Part shown: positions 12,444 to 23,884 of the stretch, piece by piece
Numbering within the stretch: position 1 is the stretch's first letter
How the letters are laid out: every line of letters starts with the position of its first letter
Assembly: GCF_001194135.2 (NCBI RefSeq)
Contig: NC_068986.1
Location: 112,274,326 to 112,322,688 of the forward strand
DNA: 48,363 nt
Source: Octopus bimaculoides
Taxonomy: Eukaryota
Direction of reading: 5' to 3'
Translations under genes and position numbers: made by a program
Notes under the pieces: generated by a model
Databases searched by the model: none
Told to the model about the DNA's origin: nothing
What the model saw: only the letters and a program-made list of their open reading frames with translations

Positions 12444-12519
12444 TATTGTGTAAAGAATGGATTTTTAAAAAAACCGTTATAGAGGAAAAAAGATTGATTG
12501 AAAGACCGACAGACGTAGA

Positions 12520-12559
<40 letters not shown>

Positions 12560-13087
12560 TAGATAGATAGAAAATGACACGCATGGAGACAAATACGTGA
12601 AAAGCAAAATATATGACAGCAAATTAAACACACGTCTGAAGTGAAACACTTTGACTGTAATTAAATAAATATCGTAACTAAAGCTGTGTACACAGTCTAA
12701 AATTGCCATCAAATACGTTGATAGTTAATTGTGTTTATAATACTGTTACAACATAAAAGATTTGTGAAGGTAACGGAAGACGTGCATGGTTTAAAGTGTT
12801 ATTCTTACTTTTACTACTGTGAAATTGGTTCATAATCAACGGTTATATTATAGCGCATGGTAAGCAATACTTTATATTATTGCGTATGGTAAGCAATAAT
12901 TTTCACCTATATCTCACAGTATGTATATAAGAATACATGTATGTAAAAGCGTGCATGTATATATCTTTGTATAGATATGCATGCGTATGAACAATGGTGA
13001 GTCAGAAATTGATATAAATGAAAATTGCATTACTTTCCGACTTGCGCTCGTGATTATATAGATTCCTTAAACCTTTAACAAAAGGAG

Positions 13088-13420
13088 CTGTGGTCATGCT
13101 GGAGTAGCACTGATGGCTTTGCTAGGCATTCATTATTTCAACCCCTCATCTGATATGTGGCATTTGGTTAATGATGAAGCTGCGCTCAAGAGTATTTCCT
13201 GCTGGGAGGTAGATTAATCTGGAACCCATGACAAGAGGAAATTCAGTTTTGTTTTGAAGACGCCTACATCCACAACTTGCAGGTCTCACGGGTATCTTAG
13301 AGTTTTAGAAAGGTACTGAAGGCTGTGATCCCTTGAAAACCGGGGTGTTGCAGTATCTGGTTCTGTATTTTCATGGCAATGATGGGATCTTCAGCAATAC
13401 ACAACGCCCCTCCCCCCTTC
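13088..13420 (-). mobile_element. CR1/L2-type LINE 3' end (ORF2 C-terminus remnant plus 3' UTR)
   Basis: Minus-strand translation DLQVVDVGVFKTKLNFLLSWVPD*STSQQE (13217-13273 core) resembles the CR1-clade ORF2 C-terminus (F-K-x-x-L-D-x-x-L...VPD-x-P). It has stops and ends in a tail motif shared with SINE A. Confidence 0.68.
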
Positions 13421-13869
13421 TGATGTTTTTGTAACTTTCAATGCCAAAGTTTTGAACAAATTCATCCTGGAATATTCAGATGTCTATATTGCATATCTTT
13501 CGTATGTATGTATATATATATATATATATATATACTTATGAATCAACGTTGATCGGATTCGTCATATTCAAGGTGTTATCTAAAGTGTTTCATATATAAC
13601 TAAAGATTGTGTATCACATGCTATGATATAATGAACGATTACATCAATAAATTTCTACCGAAATTACTGTTGTAAGTTTTAACGCCCCTTTATGTTCTTT
13701 CCTTATACATACGTCGCAGCCAGAACTGGCCACCAGTCGGATCTACCGTTTAACATTTCTATTGACGTTTTTTTTTCTCCTCGCTATGACCTATTTTATT
13801 TTGTTTAACCATTCCTGGCGTCCTACTTGTTGACACACCTTAAATGATATTGATTTGAATCTTACATCT

Positions 13870-13943
13870 AATCTTCTCCTATAGCCTCGCGCCGACCAAA
13901 ACCTTGTGAGTGGATCTGGTAGATGGAAACTGAAAGAAACCCG

Positions 13944-13978
<35 letters not shown>
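13870..13978 (+). mobile_element. SINE A middle fragment running into (TA)n and a gap
   Basis: tcttctcctatagcctcgcgccgaccaaaaccttgtgagtggatctggtagatggaaactgaaagaaacccgtc. Confidence 0.7.
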
Positions 13979-14689
13979 NNNNNNNNNNNNNNNNNNNNNN
14001 NNNNNNNNNNNNNNNNNNNNNNNNNNNNNNNNNNNNNNNNNNNNNNNNNNNNNNNNNNNNNNNNNNNNNNNNNNNNNNNNNNNNNNNNNNNNNNNNNNNN
14101 NNNNNNNNNNNNNNNNNNNNNNNNNNNNNNNNNNNNNNNNNNNNNNNNNNNNNNNNNNNNNNNNNNNNNNNNNNNNNNNNNNNNNNNNNNNNNNNNNNNN
14201 NNNNNNNNNNNNNNNNNNNNNNNNNNNNNNNNNNNNNNNNNNNNNNNNNNNNNNNNNNNNNNNNNNNNNNNNNNNNNNNNNNNNNNNNNNNNNNNNNNNN
14301 NNNNNNNNNNNNNNNNNNNNNNNNNNNNNNNNNNNNNNNNNNNNNNNNNNNNNNNNNNNNNNNNNNNNNNNNNNNNNNNNNNNNNNNNNNNNNNNNNNNN
14401 NNNNNNNNNNNNNNNNNNNNNNNNNNNNNNNNNNNNNNNNNNNNNNNNNNNNNNNNNNNNNNNNNNNNNNNNNNNNNNNNNNNNNNNNNNNNNNNNNNNN
14501 NNNNNNNNNNNNNNNNNNNNNNNNNNNNNNNNNNNNNNNNNNNNNNNNNNNNNNNNNNNNNNNNNNNNNNNNNNNNNNNNNNNNNNNNNNNNNNNNNNNN
14601 NNNNNNNNNNNNNNNNNNNNNNNNNNNNNNNNNNNNNNNNNNNNNNNNNNNNNNNNNNNNNNNNNNNNNNNNNNTATATATATATACAT

Positions 14690-14735
<46 letters not shown>

Positions 14736-14765
14736 GGAGATAGACAGATAGATAGATAGATAGAT

Positions 14766-14832
<67 letters not shown>

Positions 14833-14873
14833 CAGATAGACAGACAGATAGATATATAGATAGATAGATAGAT
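14690..14873. repeat. (GA)n/(GATA)n microsatellite
   Basis: Read directly from the sequence. Confidence 0.95.
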
Positions 14874-15502
14874 GTTTGTATGAAAATGTGTTTAATAATG
14901 TTTATATCGACGTGCGTGTGCTCGTGTGTGTGTACATTTAATTCACTTCAATTAACGTGGGTAATTATATTCACAAATATATCTACTTACACACATGGAG
15001 ACAGTAACAATCATGTAGGAACATTTAGAAAAATAGTTGAAAGCAGTAACGCATTTGATAAGAGTGTCACTGTATCCTGGTGGATGGAAGAGGTTTGTAT
15101 TGGTTGTTCTGTCGCCTGCTTAATTTATATAACGATCATTCTCTTTGTTGGTTTATGTTGCGTCATCATAACACGTTAAATACAGAGAAATATGTTTAGA
15201 AAAGTAGTTGCGAGATAAAAGACGATTCGCACAATGAGACCAAGAATACATCAAAAACGTTTATAAAGAGTTTTGAAACGTGTTGCGAGGAAATTATACA
15301 CACACATACGCACACATACACACGTATAAGCGCACCCACAGACACAAACACACAAATACAAATGTACACACAAAGCACATACACATATACATACATACTT
15401 AAAAACATATAAATATATACATATATATACACACTTATATGCACATATATATGTTTATATATGTATATACTTACACATTCATATGTATATGTATATATAC
15501 TT

Positions 15503-15541
<39 letters not shown>

Positions 15542-16074
15542 TATATACATATATATATATGTATGTATATATATATATATATACATACATATATACGTAT
15601 GTATATATATGTATATANNNNNNNNNNNNNNNNNNNNNNNNNNNNNNNNNNNNNNNNNNNNNNNNNNNNNNNNNNNNNNNNNNNNNNNNNNNNNNNNNNN
15701 NNNNNNNNNNNNNNNNNNNNNNNNNNNNNNNNNNNNNNNNNNNNNNNNNNNNNNNNNNNNNNNNNNNNNNNNNNNNNNNNNNNNNNNNNNNNNNNNNNNN
15801 NNNNNNNNNNNNNNNNNNNNNNNNNNNNNNNNNNNNNNNNNNNNNNNNNNNNNNNNNNNNNNNNNNNNNNNNNNNNNNNNNNNNNNNNNNNNNNNNNNNN
15901 NNNNNNNNNNNNNNNNNNNNNNNNNNNNNNNNNNNNNNNNTCTATGAAAATTTGTGAATAACGACAAATCAAAACAGAAATGAAATATAAAACGATAAAA
16001 TAATGCCTGGAAGGAGCAAGGCTGAAACAAAGAAAGATATGAGAAAGTCAGCACCATTAATATAATAATAAGCA

Positions 16075-16575
16075 TTGTTGTTGTTGTTGTATTTGGTGTT
16101 GTTTTTGCAGTTGTTCCTGCTGTCTAATAAATAGGCCTTTTTCGGTGGCGCAGGTTTTAATTATGACTCACTTCCAACCCACAGCTCAGAAGCACAACCC
16201 TTACCACAGTACATAGCCTGCCTCATGCTCTGCAGCCAGTTTTGCACTCCTTAATATATGTGATATACCTAACACCTCAAGCATTGCTTCCAGATTCTTT
16301 GAAATTGTTCCCACGACACCATTATCAAAAGAAAGAATTTTGACTGATTCTTCATATATTGTCGTTACCTGTCTTTCCAGAGTCTGAAATGTGCCTTTAG
16401 CCATTCTCTTGGAGATTCTTATTATTCCTTTAACACAGGTGAGTTAAAACCCCTAGAAACGTGCATGAATTGTGGGCTTTCTGCTTCCAGCATATAGCAC
16501 TAAGTTACCATTCCCAAGAAGCTCACTTTTTGCCACAGATCTACTGGGCATTTTAGGCGAGAAGGAATTGTGTTA
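16075..16575 (-). mobile_element. Decayed 3' end of an R4/Dong-like LINE (restriction-like endonuclease region, 3' UTR, AAC/AAT tail)
   Basis: ORF 16201-16404: GVVGTISKNLEAMLEVLGISHILRSAKLAA resembles the RLE C-terminus (GALGTIxKxL...L.K.ALL.TA.IL). Upstream remnant DLWQK...CYMLEAESP fits the PD..D/E core. The copy ends in (CAA)n and TTA-rich sequence. Confidence 0.6.
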
Positions 16576-16943
16576 TTGTGTAATACATACATACATACAT
16601 CATTAAATCGCCATTGGTTACCATGCTAAGTTTGGATTTTGTTCAATTGATAAGCCTTATAGACGGATGCTTCGTTGAGCTGTGAATGATTTACTTTAAA
16701 AGAAAATAGAAGACACGAGCAGATAGAGTATAGGATCACGTGGATTACAATTTTATGGTATATATTTAATAATCATTGATTATAAGTTTCGATACAATCC
16801 AGTGCAAAGTCCATATATCTTACTGTTCTCTTAGTTGTGTCTCAGTTTGAACTGGTAACATGTTCCTAATTTCCGTACAGTTTATAAATTATTCTTGAAA
16901 GCATTAAGAAAAAAACTTAATATGTCCATGTATTGTTATATCA

Positions 16944-16980
<37 letters not shown>

Positions 16981-17989
16981 NNNNNNNNNNNNNNNNNNNN
17001 NNNNNNNNNNNNNNNNNNNNNNNNNNNNNNNNNNNNNNNNNNNNNNNNNNNNNNNNNNNNNNNNNNNNNNNNNNNNNNNNNNNNNNNNNNNNNNNNNNNN
17101 NNNNNNNNNNNNNNNNNNNNNNNNNNNNNNNNNNNNNNNNNNNNNNNNNNNNNNNNNNNNNNNNNNNNNNNNNNNNNNNNNNNNNNNNNNNNNNNNNNNN
17201 NNNNNNNNNNNNNNNNNNNNNNNNNNNNNNNNNNNNNNNNNNNNNNNNNNNNNNNNNNNNNNNNNNNNNNNNNNNNNNNNNNNNNNNNNNNNNNNNNNNN
17301 NNNNNNNNNNNNNNNNNNNNNNNNNNNNNNNNNNNNNNNNNNNNNNNNNNNNNNNNNNNNNNNNNNNNNNNNNNNNNNNNNNNNNNNNNNNNNNNNNNNN
17401 NNNNNNNNNNNNNNNNNNNNNNNNNNNNNNNNNNNNNNNNNNNNNNNNNNNNNNNNNNNNNNNNNNNNNNNNNNNNNNNNNNNNNNNNNNNNNNNNNNNN
17501 NNNNNNNNNNNNNNNNNNNNNNNNNNNNNNNNNNNNNNNNNNNNNNNNNNNNNNNNNNNNNNNNNNNNNNNNNNNNNNNNNNNNNNNNNNNNNNNNNNNN
17601 NNNNNNNNNNNNNNNNNNNNNNNNNNNNNNNNNNNNNNNNNNNNNNNNNNNNNNNNNNNNNNNNNNNNNNNNNNNNNNNNNNNNNNNNNNNNNNNNNNNN
17701 NNNNNNNNNNNNNNNNNNNNNNNNNNNNNNNNNNNNNNNNNNNNNNNNNNNNNNNNNNNNNNNNNNNNNNNNNNNNNNNNNNNNNNNNNNNNNNNNNNNN
17801 NNNNNNNNNNNNNNNNNNNNNNNNNNNNNNNNNNNNNNNNNNNNNNNNNNNNNNNNNNNNNNNNNNNTTAATATATATATAAATAGATGTATGTATTTTT
17901 CCCTTGTTAACAATTAACACGGAAAAAGTAGAAAAATAGTTACCAGGGTAGCAAAATTCACGCATGTAAAAAGGTTGTAACTCCTTGTT

Positions 17990-18770
17990 TTTAAAGGTAG
18001 AAACTCCGGGTTTACGTAAAATGGTTTGTATAATACATATAAATAAATAAGTCGAGTTAAACGCAAGTGTTATTCAAATTCTTTTACTTCCGACGCATGT
18101 TTCGAAGATATCACTGGTATTATTCCAAAGGAATGAAACGGTGTAAAACAATGTAATTTTCTCTTTGGGGAAATGAAGAAATGAAACTCGTCAATTAGAC
18201 ATTTTAGCAGAAAATGATGGATATGTATAGCGATTAACTGAACGCTATTAAGTTTGTTTTAAAAAAAAACGTTACAGAATATAACGTCAAAGGTAAAAGG
18301 AGGAGGGTTAAAAGAAAGAAGAAACTAAATAAAGGAGGAGTATATAACTATATGTATATTAAATAAACCATATAGACTTCGAAAAATTTATATTTAGTAA
18401 ATCTGAAATGCAAGAAGAAATTTAATATTTAAATTAAATATATTGACAGATATCACTTATATCAATTAAAGTGTGTTTCTTCCAATGTTTACATCGGTAA
18501 CCACGCTTATAACCGTGTTTACAAAGGGATTTTTATAAAAAAGAATAAAAAATAGTTCAGAATTACAGAGAAGACATATTTCCTTGCCTTTATCATAAGG
18601 TATCGGAATTGAGAGAATCGACCAATCTAAATTAAATTGTTTATTGGGGTCTTTTATGGATAGGAATAAACGTAACAGTACAGGGTTTAGTACATTAATT
18701 TGGTATCTAAAAGACCACAATTAACAATTTAATTTAGATGGATGTATTCTCTCAATGTTGATACCATATG
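17990..18770 (-). mobile_element. Penelope-like element remnant (GIY-YIG endonuclease C-terminus plus terminal repeat region)
   Basis: ORF 18466-18720: KDPNKQFNLDWSILSIPIPYDKGKEICLLCNSELFFILF, then frameshifted RCKHWKK. This fits the WSIL...PY...CxLC..E..FI...CxH tail of animal PLE endonucleases. A hammerhead-like motif lies downstream. Confidence 0.62.
18087..18173 (-). ncRNA. Degenerate type I hammerhead ribozyme-like motif
   Basis: Stem I UUUCC/GGAAG, core CCAAAGA (two changes from CUGAnGA), long imperfect stem II, GAAA, short stem III C-AUGC-G, GUC cleavage triplet. Confidence 0.42.
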
Positions 18771-18779
18771 TTAAAGGCA

Positions 18780-19146
18780 AGCAATTCTGTCTTCCCTGTA
18801 ATTCTGAGATATTTTATACTTTAATCTACACGTTTGTAACAGATTAACTGAAAGCTTCAGGAAGGGAAGTAGCGATATATCTTCACAGCACAAAAATTTA
18901 AACAGAAAGGGTTTTTCTATATGGGCAGTTCTTGTCAGTACAATCTTTTGGATTTTTCTGAGACATGGTTCTATTAGCAGAATGATGTTCATACGAGTAG
19001 GGAGTGCTGATTTTGTGACGTTTACATATTTCCCTACCCTAGGGTGGCGATTTTTGTATTCGTTTGTTGTCAGCACAGGACAGCACAGAACATCCCAAGA
19101 CGAGATGGTCTATTGTTTCGTCAAATGTGTCGCAGAATCTGCATTT

Positions 19147-19149
<3 letters not shown>
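18780..19149 (-). mobile_element. Short internally deleted R4/Dong-like LINE derivative (CCHC zinc knuckle joined to the extreme C-terminus)
   Basis: DKCRFCDTFDETIDHLVLGCSVL(T)TNEYKNRHPRVGKYV is a CCHC knuckle, followed 23 codons later by IQKIVLTRTAHI. A 10-bp duplication (cagcacagga/cagcacagaa, 19071-19090) causes the frameshift between the two track ORFs. Confidence 0.72.
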
Positions 19150-19196
<47 letters not shown>

Positions 19197-19237
19197 TATC
19201 ATCATCATCATCAGTATTATTATTATTATTATTATTA
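19146..19237. repeat. (ATC)n(ATT)n trinucleotide microsatellite
   Basis: Read directly from the sequence. Confidence 0.95.
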
Positions 19238-19249
19238 GAGATGTTTTCC

Positions 19250-19410
19250 AAAGCTTAGCGGCATTTCGTCCGTTTTCATGTTCTGAGTTCAAATTCGACC
19301 CTGTCAAACGATGCATTTTATCCGTTCTCGTTCGATAAAATGAAGACCAGTTGAGTTCTGGGGTTCATGTAAACAACTTAGTCCCACGAAAATTTCAGTC
19401 CTTAAAATTT
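19250..19410 (+). mobile_element. SINE B, partial head
   Basis: gcttagcggcatttcgtccgttttcatgttctgagttcaaattcg...gataaaatgaagaccagttgagttctgggg. Confidence 0.72.
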
Positions 19411-20227
19411 CAGGCTCCTGCCAAACCATAACAGGGAAACCTGTTACAGGTCTAAAGGATCAGTGCCCTCTATTGAGGAGTCAGTGGGATTAATAAGCTA
19501 CGGTCAGGTTATGGATCAATTCATGGATGACAGCAGTTATAACTTTCTGGGGTACGCTTTTGTAGCGTGGAAGTTAGAGAGAATATGTTTCAGGTAAAAG
19601 AAGAAAGGCTACAAAATGTTTAGAGATTGGCGATGGATGAAATATCCTCAGTTGAGTACATAATCGGTTTCAATATATCTATATATCTATATATATACAT
19701 ACATATATATATGTCTATATATATAAATATATATATANNNNNNNNNNNNNNNNNNNNNNNNNNNNNNNNNNNNNNNNNNNNNNNNNNNNNNNNNNNNNNN
19801 NNNNNNNNNNNNNNNNNNNNNNNNNNNNNNNNNNNNNNNNNNNNNNNNNNNNNNNNNNNNNNNNNNNNNNNNNNNNNNNNNNNNNNNNNNNNNNNNNNNN
19901 NNNNNNNNNNNNNNNNNNNNNNNNNNNNNNNNNNNNNNNNNNNNNNNNNNNNNNNNNNNNNNNNNNNNNNNNNNNNNNNNNNNNNNNNNNNNNNNNNNNN
20001 NNNNNNNNNNNNNNNNNNNNNNNNNNNNNNNNNNNNNNNNNNNNNNNNNNNNNNNNNNNNNNNNNNNNNNNNNNNNNNNNNNNNNNNNNNNNNNNNNNNN
20101 NNNNNNNNNNNNNNNNNNNNNNNNNNNNNNNNNNNNNNNNNNNNNNNNNNNNNNNNNNNNNNNNNNNNNNNNNNNNNNNNNNNNNNNNNNNNNNNNNNNN
20201 NNNNNNNNNNNNNNNNNNNNNNNNNNN

Positions 20228-20265
<38 letters not shown>

Positions 20266-20742
20266 ATGTATGTGCATATATATACACACACATCCATGCG
20301 TATGTGTGTGTGTTTGTAGAGAGAGAGAGAAACAGTTAGACAGGTAGATAGACGAACTGATAGGTAGATAAGATAGATATATAGAGATCGATTCCAAATA
20401 CATCTGGATATACGTGCATGCGATTATATCTGCACAATATATATGTAAACGTTTATACGTATAGAAATTATATTGTTCTCGTTAGAAAGAGAATACAGAA
20501 ATAGTAACCATCTCTTTAAACATTTGCTAATTCGAATCGTCAACCACATTCACAATACACTACATTTCACCAAATAATAATAGACAACACTATTTTTCCA
20601 TTGCTAAGGCATACATTCACACATACACATGCACCGACATACATACATATATACATATTTGTATAGTTTAATGTTCTTAAATGTAGCTTTCTTTTAAATA
20701 CAGTTTACAATACTTACAAATTAACAGCACACTCAAGCAATA

Positions 20743-20952
20743 TGACGTCAGCTACGTATTTCTTTTCAGCTTCCTTTGAGCGTCCATTTTACAATGCATT
20801 AATTCCAAATGAACTAACAAAAATGGCGGCTCTATTGATTCTGATGAATAATTCAGTAATATCCGTCGCAAAACAGCATGGGTAATATCTGAATAGTTTA
20901 CAATTATTCTCTTTCATATTTCCGCCATTACTATTGGGATTTCTGCCATCTT
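20743..20952. promoter_or_regulatory. Candidate cis-regulatory cluster: CRE plus several YY1/Pho-like motifs
   Basis: TGACGTCA 20743-20750; AAAATGGCGGC 20820-20830; CCGCCATT 20922-20929; GCCATCTT 20945-20952; weaker GTCCATTTT 20782-20790. Motif matches only. Confidence 0.35.
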
Positions 20953-21879
20953 AACCGATATCATATTTACATGTGACATAAATAATCTCGTTAGTTCTTT
21001 AACCATATCATACCTAAAAGGCAAATCACTGTCGTGTCATATCAAATCAGATTTTTTTATTCTTTAGAACAGAGCTATCTCAGTAGACATATAACAATGT
21101 AATATTATAATTATTACATACATATAACATCACAAAATGTTATCATGTAATGCTTGCCTTTAACATAAGCATCACAATATACACACACAAATAAACATAA
21201 CTGTATATATATATATACATATATATGCAACACACATACACACCCACACATACATATATATATATATATGTATATATATTTCTATATAACTATATATATG
21301 AATTTAAGTGCAAGCATATATAGTTGTATATACATATTTGTATGCAATTTCGCAGCTAATTGAATATGTATGCATTATATATATACATATACATATGTAT
21401 ATCTGTCTGTATGAATGTACACGTGTGTGCATATGAATGCATGTGCTTGTGTGTTAATGTATGTGTATATGTGAGTGAACGTCTGTACATATGTGCTAAT
21501 GTAAATATTGATTTCAAATTTTGGCACAAGGCCAGTGTTAATGTAAATATTAATATGTGGGTATATACGTAAATGGTTACATGTGCAGTGCATGTGTGTG
21601 TGAGTGCGTGAATGTGTGTATATGCGCATGTTAATATGGGTACGTGAATGTGTGTGTGGTGTGTGCATTAATATGCATTTGTATACGTGTGTGGACAATA
21701 TAAACCAGTCTGTACGCAAAGATGTACAACAAATACAAGCTGTTAGAATTCTTGTAATCTTTGGCTCAAGACGAAAAGCTGCGGGTCCATGGTACATTAG
21801 TGGGTCTCTTTGATATGCGAGGAGGAGAAAGACACCCTCAACACGGAGACATAGCCCAAACGCTTGCAGCATTGTGAAC

Positions 21880-21990
21880 TCCGCTAAAGGTTACCAAGTT
21901 ACCTTCCGAATTGAGGGGTTCAAACTGAATGACGGATTAAGTCAATTAACCAAGCAAGATACCCCAGGATTTGAACTCAGAGCGTATGTA
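21880..21990 (-). mobile_element. Degenerate SINE B-like fragment
   Basis: ggatttgaactcagagcgta matches the B-box region of family B. Confidence 0.4.
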
Positions 21991-23224
21991 TATTGGTGGA
22001 ACTACGAGAGCTAATAAACTTACTCATGTACACATGTACATATATGTACATCTGTGTGTGTGTGTGTGTGTGTGTATGTGNNNNNNNNNNATATATATGC
22101 ATATCCATACGTTCCTGTGCACATAGATATTCACAATAAATACCGTATTCCTTTTCATTAATTATTCAAATCCTTGTATTGCTGAAACATAAAACTGGTC
22201 GGGGGAAATAACTAACATTTGTTTGGCTCATTCTTTTACGTTCTGAATTCTATAACAGTGAGTGTCAATTTAACTATTCTGCTTTGTGGAATCGATAAAA
22301 TATATACTGGAATGGCAATAATTCTTACTCCTTTCCAAACCTTTTTCTTTAGTCTATCAGATCCTATGCATATTATTCAATATACACCACCTACAAGTCG
22401 TGAACTATCTGAAATACATTTAGTATTAGGCACTTCCCAAAATAGAAATAAGGACTATTTATATGCTGTACTTTTTCCGTGTTCTGGCATTCCAATATAT
22501 TAGCAAAGGCCAGAGGGTTGCTCTGCTGGTGAGTATTTCCCGCTTACACATTTTGAAACTAAGAAAGAATTTATTGGTTCTTGAAACTGCAGATAAAGTG
22601 TGCCTAATGCAAATAAGGAGATTATCGTAGGTGGTTCGCATTTGATCTTAGGTACTGCAGTCCTAATGTGACATAAATCTAAACAACAACAACAATAGCT
22701 AAGAATTATCGTTTGGAATCACATGCGTACCATCGTAGAATACGTGCGGAACAAGGCATGTCCTCATTAACTAGATAATGTTTCAGATAAGAAATATGGA
22801 ATTAATCAGAGAAAACAATCTTGGTCGAATGTTTTCCGCATCAGAAATGATCAGGGATGAAAGAATAAAAGAAACAGCAGAAACAACAGCAACAACAGCA
22901 GCAACATCTACGATTTGGACTAGAGCCCTACTTCAGAGATGAAAATCACCTGGAGGGCAGGAATACGCATCTGATCCCTCTCTTTAGCTTCATTCATTTC
23001 ATATTATTATATATTTTCTCCGATTTTGGTTACTATTTTCACAAGAGGAACTTTCTTAGACACAGTTATATATTGTATTAATCATGTTCGGGTATTGATA
23101 GATTATTCTATAGAATATGTGCTGCGTAGAGTAGGTACTGTGTAGTTTGTGCTTAAATAATGGAGGGCAATTCTACAAAATATACACCATAATTTTTTCA
23201 TAGGCTTATTACAATATCCTTTCT

Positions 23225-23432
23225 GCTATAGGTACAAAGCCTGAAATGTTGGGGGAGTAGACCAGTTGATTACATCGACCCCAGTACGCAACTGGTACTT
23301 AATTTATCGATCCCGAAAGGAGGAAAGACAAATCGAACACGGCGGAATTTTGAACACAGAACGTAGCGACGGGCGAAATACCGTTTAGCATTTCGTCCAG
23401 CGCGCTAACGATTCCACCGGCTCGCCGCCTTT
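23225..23432 (-). mobile_element. SINE B, near full length
   Basis: Minus strand begins aaggcggcgagccggtggaatcgttagc (tRNA-like head), then gttctgtgttcaaaattcc, cctttcgggatcgataaattaagtaccagttgcgtactggggtcgat. Confidence 0.85.
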
Positions 23433-23639
23433 ACGCTTATAATATCGGCAGAAGATTGTGTTGAATGGGTGATGAGTTAGTTGAGGTGGATATTTCCTAG
23501 CAATTCTACTGTTCCTCTGCTGGATGTCTTGAGAGATTTTGTACTCGAGTTCTGGTATGATTAGTTAAAGCTATATTTTTAAAAGTGAAATTTGTTTTCA
23601 TACGAAGTTGGCAAACTGGCAGATTTGTTAGAGAGTGGA

Positions 23640-23815
23640 TCGAATTGTTTAACGGCATTTGTTTCGGTCTTTTACGTATAAAGTTTAAAATCCAACAACG
23701 ATAATTCACCTTTCGAGATCGATCAAATAAGTACCAATTGAACACAGGGATCAATGTTATCGACTTACCCACTTCTCTAAAACTGTTGAAGCTGTGCCAA
23801 GATTTGGAACTATCA
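23640..23815 (+). mobile_element. SINE B, degenerate, inverted relative to 23225-23432
   Basis: aacggcatttgtttcggtcttttacg...cctttcgagatcgatcaaataagtaccaattg...ctgtgccaagatttgg. Confidence 0.65.
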
Positions 23816-23884
23816 TAACTAATGCACCAATTATCGTTGCTATTTTTATATTCAAACCGAAATCTTTCCACTATCTATTTTGAG

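Noticed and set aside
22423-22610. 11-bp imperfect inverted repeat (GTATTAGGCAC / GTGCCTAATGC) as MITE ends
   Set aside because: It is short, has no TSD and has no second copy in the window; compatible with chance.
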